Positions 27,586 through 34,961 of a DNA stretch of 64,000 bases are shown here, one piece after another (the stretch's first letter is position 1; every line of letters begins with the position of its first letter). Location of the stretch: positions 2,976,001 through 3,040,000 of the forward strand of contig CAWIIB010000009.1 in NCBI GenBank assembly GCA_963836075.1. Reading direction: 5' to 3'. The notes under the pieces were generated by a model. The model worked only from the letters and a program-made list of their open reading frames with translations. It was not told the DNA's origin and did not search any database. The translations under genes were made by a program, and so were the position numbers. The DNA is from an uncultured Acidobacteriota bacterium. GTDB lineage: Bacteria; Acidobacteriota; JAQAZP01.

Positions 27586-30150
27586 TCAGAACCGTCCCGC
27601 CGCCACGTTGACCCCGTAGGTGTAGACCGGCGGGAAGGCGTCGAAGGTGAAGTCCAGTGTCACGTCGTGAACGGCGGCGTGGTACGCCCTGACCTGGCTG
27701 CCCATGGCCGGGTCGGGGCCGCCACTCACCAGCAACTCGTCCCGGCCGTTGCCGTCCAGGTCCACACCGGAGCAGACACGGGCTCCGTAAGCCGCTTCGC
27801 CCGCCGGCCAGGCAAAGAAATTTACATTGGGCATGGCCACCGGTTCGCCGCCGTCCACGTCCCAGCCCCGGACGTGGCTGCCGAAAAGGGACGAGGGCCC
27901 TGGTGCGGTGATGATCTCGTCGATCCCGTCGCCGTCCAGGTCGCCGGCGGCCACGTTGACGCCGAACCTGTTCGTGCCGTAGGCCAGGAAGCTGACCCAG
28001 GAGAGCGCCTCGACTGCTCCGCCGTCCACATCCCAGCCCCGGACGTGGGGCCCGAACACGGCGCCCGGCCCGGCGCCGGTGATGATCTCGTCGAACCCGT
28101 CGCCATCGAAATCCCCGCAGGCCACGTTGACACCCCACTTGAGCGTGCCGTAGGCGAAGTAGCTGATCTCGGAGATAGCCTCGGCGTCTCCTCCGTCCAC
28201 GTTCCACCCCCGGACGTGGGGCCCGAACACGGCGCCCGGCCCGGCGCCGGTGACGATCTCGTCATAGCCATCGCCGTCCAGGTCGCCGGCGGCCACGTTG
28301 ACCCCGAACTTGTTCGTGCCGTAGGCCAGGAAGTTGACGCCGGGAACGGGTGTGCCGTCCGAACTGAACCCGCGCACGTGCGGGCCGTAGATCTCGCCCG
28401 CGCCGGCGCCGGTGATGATGGTCAGGCCTTCGTCGTCGGTGAGCTGGCCCGCCGCCACATTCGCCCCCCATGACGGCGAGCCGTACGCCGAAAACTCCGA
28501 GACCGGTTCGGCGTCGGTGTGGGGCGGGAAGACCCGGACCAGCGGCGGGTTGGCCGGTGACGGACCGGGAGTTGCGACCAGCCCGAGGATGTGACTGCTT
28601 GACGGATAGTGATACCCCATGTCCACCTGGCCGTTGTCGATTGCACCGTCGGTGCGGGTGGTCAGTTGGTCGAGGCAGGTGGTCCCCTCCACCGTCTCAT
28701 AACAGAATTCACCCGCCGGGGCAGATCCCGAATCGATGCAGGGGCTGTCGGCCGGTTGACCGGCTGCCAGGTGCCCCAGGTAGTAATCCCCCAAAGGGCC
28801 GCGGGTGAAGAGCGGGTCCGCGTCGATGTTCGTCGGGCCGCCGTATCCCCCTTCGATGTCGCTGTAGGTCACCGACGGGGTGCCCTGGATCTGCTCGCTG
28901 GTGTTGCCGTAGATGATGGAGTTGGTGATGGTCAACTGCCCCGATGAGCCCTGCCGTTTCACGCCGGTGGTATTCTCTGTGATGGTGCAGTTCACCATCA
29001 GTACATCCATGTGATCGAGGAATATGGCGCTGCCGTTGTTCCCCGCGAGCAGGTTGCTGGTCACCAGGATTTCACCACCCCGGCCGCTGGACGGTCCGGC
29101 GGGGCAGGGGTCAGGACATTGAGGTACCGGCCGGTCCAGGGCCGTTATGGCAAGCCCGAAGGAGATGCAGGCTCCCGTCCCTGAATTGCCGGTCATTACA
29201 TTCCCGCTCACGGTGCCGTATGCCCCGAACTCTTCGTCGTAGAACCATATGGCGCCGTAGTCACCGCCGGAATTGCCGGTAAAGGTGTTGTTCACGATAT
29301 GGGCAGTGGCGCCGAAGGCCACGGAAATGCTGCCGCCGAACATGGAGCACTCGTTCTCCGCAAAGCTGTTCCCGGTGATAAGGGCTTCGTTCTCACCGGT
29401 ACAATAGATGGCCGATCCCGTTATCTCACCGACGTTTCCGGCAAAGCTGTTCCCGCTGACCAGGCCGTCGCCAAAGCAGCAGAGCCCGCCCCCATGGTCG
29501 GTGCTGTTGCCGGTGATGCTATTGCCGGTTACGGTCATCGACCGTGCCCAGCAATAGATGCCGCCGCCAAAAGTCGATGACGAGTTTCCAACTATTGTGT
29601 TGTCCTCGATGACCGGCGAACTTTCCTCGCAGCAGATCCCGCCGCCGGCACGATCGGTCTGGCAACCGCTGATCGTGTTTTGCCGGATGACCGGTGAGCC
29701 CCCGGTGCAGTAGATTCCACCACCCTCATCCCCCGAGATGCAGTCTTCGATGCGGTTCGCTTCGATGACCGGCGAGGCATTGAGGCAGTATATGCCGCCC
29801 CCGTCGGCGAGCTTGTAACCGTTCCGCACGGTGAATCCCCGGAGGATGGAATCCGGTCCTTCATCGTTGACGAACTGGAACCCGCGGTCCTGACCCTCGC
29901 AGTCGATGATGCAGGCCGTGAACCCGTGTTCCGATTCCACGGTGATCGCCTTGCCGCCGAAGTTGATGTTCCGGTTGCCGGAGCCAACGTAGACGCCGTT
30001 GGCCACCAGCACCGTGTCGCCGCTCACGGCGGCGTCGATACCGGCCTGGATGGTGGGCTGGTCGGCCGGGACGCGGATGGTGGCGGCGGTGGAGGATATG
30101 GCGGCGAGGCAGGAGAGCAGGACAAACAGGACAAGGCTTCTCGAGGACAT
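27586..30150 (-). CDS. secreted right-handed beta-helix + FG-GAP repeat protein (paralog 3)
   Basis: Same architecture and length as paralog 2. Confidence 0.88.
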   Translation of the reverse strand: MSSRSLVLFVLLSCLAAISSTAATIRVPADQPTIQAGIDAAVSGDTVLVANGVYVGSGNRNINFGGKAITVESEHGFTACIIDCEGQDRGFQFVNDEGPDSILRGFTVRNGYKLADGGGIYCLNASPVIEANRIEDCISGDEGGGIYCTGGSPVIRQNTISGCQTDRAGGGICCEESSPVIEDNTIVGNSSSTFGGGIYCWARSMTVTGNSITGNSTDHGGGLCCFGDGLVSGNSFAGNVGEITGSAIYCTGENEALITGNSFAENECSMFGGSISVAFGATAHIVNNTFTGNSGGDYGAIWFYDEEFGAYGTVSGNVMTGNSGTGACISFGLAITALDRPVPQCPDPCPAGPSSGRGGEILVTSNLLAGNNGSAIFLDHMDVLMVNCTITENTTGVKRQGSSGQLTITNSIIYGNTSEQIQGTPSVTYSDIEGGYGGPTNIDADPLFTRGPLGDYYLGHLAAGQPADSPCIDSGSAPAGEFCYETVEGTTCLDQLTTRTDGAIDNGQVDMGYHYPSSSHILGLVATPGPSPANPPLVRVFPPHTDAEPVSEFSAYGSPSWGANVAAGQLTDDEGLTIITGAGAGEIYGPHVRGFSSDGTPVPGVNFLAYGTNKFGVNVAAGDLDGDGYDEIVTGAGPGAVFGPHVRGWNVDGGDAEAISEISYFAYGTLKWGVNVACGDFDGDGFDEIITGAGPGAVFGPHVRGWDVDGGAVEALSWVSFLAYGTNRFGVNVAAGDLDGDGIDEIITAPGPSSLFGSHVRGWDVDGGEPVAMPNVNFFAWPAGEAAYGARVCSGVDLDGNGRDELLVSGGPDPAMGSQVRAYHAAVHDVTLDFTFDAFPPVYTYGVNVAAGRF

Positions 30151-30211
30151 GGGATCCTCCATGGGTATTCGGGATGACACACCGATCGTACAAATTATGA
30201 CCCAATCCAGG

Positions 30212-30670
30212 TCATTGTCCATGAAAAAGTAAAGGCTCACCGAAATCGGGTAGCTTTTGACCCAGCCGGATCAGGTGGCCTGGACAGCCCTCTGTGCAGT
30301 CGGAAGCACCGATCCGCCCCGGAAGGGTGGAGGCGCCGGGGAGGAGGGCCACCCGGCGGGCCGTGGCGCACTCACCGGCCGGATCTTTGTCGGTCAGCAG
30401 GATGTGGGCGAGCGAGGCATAGCGGTGGGCCAGAAGATAGTCCACGTGCCAGCGGAGTTTGAAGGGATGATCTCGGCTTCCGGCGATGCCCAGGTAGCGC
30501 TTGAGCCTGCCGGCCAGCGAGCGGGAGGCCCGGCCGGCGTAGGCATAGTACCCCGGTTCCAGCTTGTATTGGCCCCGGGCGCCAAACTTCACCAGGGCTG
30601 GACGGCTGAGCCGGACCACCAGCAGGTAGGCGCCGCATTGAATATGTTCTTGAACCATCCTGCCCGGCAT
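30212..30670 (-). CDS. DUF123 / GIY-YIG (Uri) nuclease-like protein
   Basis: GAYLL, GYYAYAGRA, WHVDYLL, EC, GASDC..CPGHL. Confidence 0.82.
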   Translation of the reverse strand: MPGRMVQEHIQCGAYLLVVRLSRPALVKFGARGQYKLEPGYYAYAGRASRSLAGRLKRYLGIAGSRDHPFKLRWHVDYLLAHRYASLAHILLTDKDPAGECATARRVALLPGASTLPGRIGASDCTEGCPGHLIRLGQKLPDFGEPLLFHGQ

Positions 30671-30726
30671 TCTACACTGTCCGGGCCGTATCCGGTCCTC
30701 TCCGGAGCGGCCTGGAGCATTGAATA

Positions 30727-31671
30727 ATGGCTGACGAACACGAAGCGCTGACCGTCTCGGCGGTGGGGCCGGACGGGGTGCGCCGCCGCCTGCCCCGCTG
30801 GCTCAAAGTGCGGGTGGGGAAGGGAGCGTCCTTTCGCAGGGTCGACGCCCTCTTGAAGGAGAACGGGCTGAACACGGTCTGCCGTTCGGCGCTCTGTCCC
30901 AACGTGGGCCGCTGCTTCGAGCGGGGCACCGCCACTTTCCTGATCCTCGGCAATACCTGCACCCGCAGTTGCCGTTTCTGTGCCGTGGGGGGCGGGAAGC
31001 CGGCGGCGCTGGACCCCGAGGAGCCGGCAAAGGTGGCGGCTGCGGTCCACAGTCTCGAACTGCGCCACGCGGTGATCACCTCGGTGACCCGGGACGACCT
31101 GGCCGACGGCGGGGCCGGGCATTTTGCCGCCACGGTCAAGGCCATCCGCTCCGCCTCCCCCACCTGCCGGATCGAGCTGCTGGTCCCCGACTTCGGCGGC
31201 AGCGCCCCGGCCCTGGAGACCGTCCTCGACTCTGGTCCCGACATCCTCAATCACAACATCGAGACCGTGCCCCGGCTCTACCCCCGGGTGCGGCCCGGCG
31301 CCGATTACCAGCGGTCTTTGGAACTGCTGGGCCGGGCCCGGCGCCGGTATGCCGAAGACGGGCGCGAGGGCCTGACCAAGTCGGGGGTCATGGTGGGCCT
31401 GGGGGAGACGATGACCGAATTGGAGCAGGTGATGTCCGAGGCCGCGGCTGCCGGCTGCCAGATGTTCACCATCGGGCAGTATCTCCAGCCGTCACGGGAC
31501 CATCTGCCGGTGGTTTCCTTCTATCTTCCCACCGCATTCGAGCAGCTCAAGCGTTACGGCGGCTCCCTCGGGTTCAGCCACGTGGCCTCCGGACCACTGG
31601 TGCGCAGCTCCTACCTTGCCGATGAGCAGTTCGAGGGGCCAACGCCCCGGTCCGGGGACGGCAGCCGCTGA
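30727..31671 (+). CDS. lipA: lipoyl synthase
   Basis: CRSALCPNVGRC, CTRSCRFC, TSVTRDDL, NHNIETV, GPLVRSSY. Confidence 0.97.
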   Translation: MADEHEALTVSAVGPDGVRRRLPRWLKVRVGKGASFRRVDALLKENGLNTVCRSALCPNVGRCFERGTATFLILGNTCTRSCRFCAVGGGKPAALDPEEPAKVAAAVHSLELRHAVITSVTRDDLADGGAGHFAATVKAIRSASPTCRIELLVPDFGGSAPALETVLDSGPDILNHNIETVPRLYPRVRPGADYQRSLELLGRARRRYAEDGREGLTKSGVMVGLGETMTELEQVMSEAAAAGCQMFTIGQYLQPSRDHLPVVSFYLPTAFEQLKRYGGSLGFSHVASGPLVRSSYLADEQFEGPTPRSGDGSR

Positions 31672-31757
31672 TCTTTGACTTCCGTTACCGCATCATGTAT
31701 TAATGCCGCTTCCACCGGCCCGGCGGACAAGGTCCGGGGCAGGAGAGAGGCTGGACA

Positions 31758-33896
31758 ATGAGCCCGGAAGAATACAGAAAACAGCGTTCCATGGCCGAAA
31801 TGCGGCAGGAGGGCCTGTCCGGCCTGATGGCCGTGCGGGTGGGGATGTTCCGTTTCACCCGCTGGGTGGTGAACAAGGCCAAGCTTGCCGACTACACCTT
31901 CAACGTCATCGTGGCCCTGGTCATCGGCCTGCTGGGCGGCTTCGGGGCGGTGGCCTTCCACTACCTGATCGGAGGCGTGCAGAAGATCTCCTGGGGATCC
32001 ATGGAGCCGGTGCTCGATGACTTCATGGCCGTGCCCATCTGGGCCAAGATCCTCATCCCGGCAGCCGGCGGACTGATCATCGGACCGCTGGTCTACATGT
32101 TTGCCCGCGAGGCCAAGGGCCACGGTGTGCCCGAAGTGATGGAGGCGGTGGCCCGCAAGGGGGGCGTCATGCGGCCCCGGGTGGTGATGGCCAAGTTCAT
32201 CGGCTCGGCGATCACCATCGGCACCGGAGGTTCGGCAGGCCGTGAAGGCCCCATCGTCCAGATCGGTGCGGCCATCGGTTCGGTGGTGGGGCAGTTTCTC
32301 CGGGTCTCGGCCGGCCGGATGAAGACCTATGTCGGCTGCGGAGCGGCGGCGGGGATCGCCGCCACTTTCAACGCCCCGCTGGCCGGAGCTCTGTTTGCCG
32401 TTGAAGTGATCCTCGGTGATTTCGCCATCCACCAGTTCAGCCCCATCGTCATCTCTTCGGTGATTGCCACCGTGGTCTCCCGACACTTCCTCGGCGACTT
32501 TCCCGCGTTCCGGCCGCCGGACTATGCCCTGGTCAGCCCCTGGGAGTTTTTCAGCTACCTGGCCCTGGGCATCGCCGCGGCGGTGGCCGGGCTGATCTTC
32601 ATGAAGACCCTCTACTGGTTCGAGGACCGCTTCGAAGATGCGAAGTTCATCCCCGGCCCCCTGCGCCCGGCCATCGGCGGATTACTGGTGGGCTGTATCG
32701 CCATCTTCTATCCCCAGATCTACGGCTCGGGATACGGCAGCGTGGATCTGGCCCTGTCCGGCAACCTGGGCTGGATGCTGCTGGGCGCCCTGCTGGTGGC
32801 CAAGACCCTCGGCACCTCGCTGACCCTCGGCTCGGGCGGGTCAGGCGGTGTTTTTGCCCCCTCGCTTTTCCTCGGGGCGATGACCGGCGGCCTGGTGGGT
32901 ACCGGCGCGCACCGCCTGTTCCCCGACCACACCGCCGAACCCGGAGCGTATGCCCTGGTGGGCATGGGAGCGGTGGTGGCGGCCACCACCCGGGCGCCGA
33001 TCACCGCCATCCTGATCATCTTCGAGATGACCAGCGAGTATTCGATCATTCTGCCGCTGATGACCGCCTGCATCATCAGCACCCTGGCCAACAAGTGGAT
33101 GAGCAAGGAGTCGATCTACACCATGAAACTCGCCCGGCGGGGTGTGGACATCTACCAGGGCCAGGAATTGAACGTGCTCAAGCCGCTCAGTGTCCGCGAC
33201 GTGATGGAAGAGGACGTGGATATTTTCGAAAAGCACCTCCGCCTGCCGGCGATGATCGATCGCCTGACCCGCTCGCCGCACACCCGGTTCTACGTGGTGG
33301 ACGACAAGCAGCGGCTCTGCGGCGCCATCTCTTCCCGTGACCTGCGGCAACTGGTGCGGGACGAGACCAGCCTCTCCGACCTCATCGTGGCCCAGGATCT
33401 AGCCAACCCCGATGTCCGCCCGGTGACCCCTGACGACAACCTCGACCTGGTGATGCGCCATTTCGGCCGGGCCTATGTCGATGAACTGCCGGTGGTGGAG
33501 TCGGCGGAATCGATGAGAATCATCGGCACGGTGCACCGGGCCCACGTGATCGAAATCTACAACCGGGCGATCTTCAAACGGGACCTGGCCGGCACTCTGA
33601 GCACCAACGTCGACTCCCTGGCCGCCGGTTCGGTGAAAATGGTGGAACTGGCCGAGGGCTATGCCCTGGCCGAGGTGGAGGCCCCGGGGGCTTTCGACGG
33701 CAAGACCATCGCCGAACTGAACGTGCGGGCCGCCTTCGGGGTGGAGATCCTGGTGATCAAGGCCCACGCATCGGGCCGGTCCGGCCGCGGGGCCCTGCTG
33801 AAGAAGGTCCCCAGCCCCAACATCCGCATCCACCGCGGCGACATCCTGCTGGTGGCTGGGGACCCCGGCCGTATCGACCGGCTGAGACGGCTCTAG
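31758..33896 (+). CDS. ClC-family chloride channel/antiporter with CBS pair and TrkA-C domain
   Basis: GHGVP, GREGP, FNAPLAG, GGVFAP, C-terminal CBS and GKTIAELNVR...GDILLV. Confidence 0.92.
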   Translation: MSPEEYRKQRSMAEMRQEGLSGLMAVRVGMFRFTRWVVNKAKLADYTFNVIVALVIGLLGGFGAVAFHYLIGGVQKISWGSMEPVLDDFMAVPIWAKILIPAAGGLIIGPLVYMFAREAKGHGVPEVMEAVARKGGVMRPRVVMAKFIGSAITIGTGGSAGREGPIVQIGAAIGSVVGQFLRVSAGRMKTYVGCGAAAGIAATFNAPLAGALFAVEVILGDFAIHQFSPIVISSVIATVVSRHFLGDFPAFRPPDYALVSPWEFFSYLALGIAAAVAGLIFMKTLYWFEDRFEDAKFIPGPLRPAIGGLLVGCIAIFYPQIYGSGYGSVDLALSGNLGWMLLGALLVAKTLGTSLTLGSGGSGGVFAPSLFLGAMTGGLVGTGAHRLFPDHTAEPGAYALVGMGAVVAATTRAPITAILIIFEMTSEYSIILPLMTACIISTLANKWMSKESIYTMKLARRGVDIYQGQELNVLKPLSVRDVMEEDVDIFEKHLRLPAMIDRLTRSPHTRFYVVDDKQRLCGAISSRDLRQLVRDETSLSDLIVAQDLANPDVRPVTPDDNLDLVMRHFGRAYVDELPVVESAESMRIIGTVHRAHVIEIYNRAIFKRDLAGTLSTNVDSLAAGSVKMVELAEGYALAEVEAPGAFDGKTIAELNVRAAFGVEILVIKAHASGRSGRGALLKKVPSPNIRIHRGDILLVAGDPGRIDRLRRL

Positions 33897-33908
33897 CCGG
33901 AATCAGGG

Positions 33909-34718
33909 TCACTCCTCGATCAGCACCTGGATCTCGGTGAGGTAGTTCTTCGGGTTGCCTTTGAAGATCATGCCCGGGCCCTTGAGGTAGACCTCCCGGG
34001 AGGGCAGCTTCGTCCTGTAGCCCTTTTCGTTGATGTAGCCGAAGACCGTCTTGTAGGAATCACGCAGGGTCTCGTAGGGCCCCTTGTGGATCAGCGAGAC
34101 ACAGCGGCCGCCGGGCAGCTCGCGCACCGAGACCCCCTCGGCGTCCTTGCCCTTGCGCACCGGGATGCAGGGCTCGAAATCGGCGCCTTCTTCCTTGTAT
34201 TCGCTGTCGTGGTAGAGGGTCATCGGCTTGCCGTTGGCGTTGCGGCCCATTTTGCGGCAGACCAGGCCCAGGCCCCGGCCCACTTCCTCGTATCGCCCGG
34301 TCATCCGGTGGCCGGCGATGAGGATCGTGTCCAGCTGCTTTTCCTCGATCTCGAACCCGTTCTGCTGGTCCATGACATTCTCCTTCTCTGACTCGATGAT
34401 CGTGGCAATGGAGCTGGAGATCCCCTTGTAGCGCCGGATGGTCTGCTCAACCTCTTTCATCTTCCGTTCCAGCTCGAGGAGCATGTCCTGGGTGCTGCCG
34501 CACTCCTCGAACAGGGCGCGGATCTCGGCGATGGAGAAGTCGAACTCCCGCAGCGTTTTTATCCCCCGGGCCCGGTGGTAGTTCTCCTCGTCGTAGTAGC
34601 GGTAGCCCGAGGAGGGGTCCACCTGGGCCGGGACCAGGATGCCCTTCTCGTGGTAGAGCCGCAGCGTCTTCACCGAAAGGGCCGTGATCCTGGAAAACTC
34701 GCCGATGCTGAATCTCAT
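33909..34718 (-). CDS. MerR-family regulator with GyrI-like effector domain
   Basis: FSIGEFSRIT...KTLRLYHEKG...SGYRYY; HKGPY, SREVY. Confidence 0.93.
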   Translation of the reverse strand: MRFSIGEFSRITALSVKTLRLYHEKGILVPAQVDPSSGYRYYDEENYHRARGIKTLREFDFSIAEIRALFEECGSTQDMLLELERKMKEVEQTIRRYKGISSSIATIIESEKENVMDQQNGFEIEEKQLDTILIAGHRMTGRYEEVGRGLGLVCRKMGRNANGKPMTLYHDSEYKEEGADFEPCIPVRKGKDAEGVSVRELPGGRCVSLIHKGPYETLRDSYKTVFGYINEKGYRTKLPSREVYLKGPGMIFKGNPKNYLTEIQVLIEE

Positions 34719-34769
34719 AACTTGCTCTCACTGAGTAACATAGTTGAGGTTGGCCAACCTTCGAGGAAA

Positions 34770-34800
34770 AGTATAGGGTCTCCCCCTGGGGGAGAGTCAA
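34770..34800 (-). promoter_or_regulatory. MerR-type promoter (19-bp spacer with dyad)
   Basis: TTGACT-19-TATACT on the minus strand with TCTCCCCC-T-GGGGGAGA dyad at 34779-34795. Confidence 0.85.
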
Positions 34801-34961
34801 GGCCGGAATCATAAAAATATGAACCGACCGGGAACAGTTTTTGAACTGCACTCATCTGTTGCCTTATACAGTGCCCGATCCTTATACTGTAAACAGAAGT
34901 GAGTCCGGCCAATCATCCGCAAGGATGTTCAGGTACTGCTGCCGGCTTCCCGGGGAGTGCC

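Larger units (their letters stand above)
23886..30372. repeat. direct duplication of about 2.8 kb (23886-26672 and 27586-30372, offset 3700)
   Basis: Near-identical 5' ends, upstream sequence and FG-GAP regions; identity ends after CCGTGGCGCACT in both copies. Confidence 0.93.

Noticed and set aside
21900-28400. CRISPR-like periodic repeats
   Set aside because: The repeats are coding FG-GAP units inside open frames, with no unique spacers and no cas genes
25257-29755. Diversity-generating retroelement explaining the variable block between paralogs
   Set aside because: Differences include non-adenine changes (TTG CCG TTG TTC versus TCA CCG GTC ATC) and codon indels; no reverse transcriptase in the window
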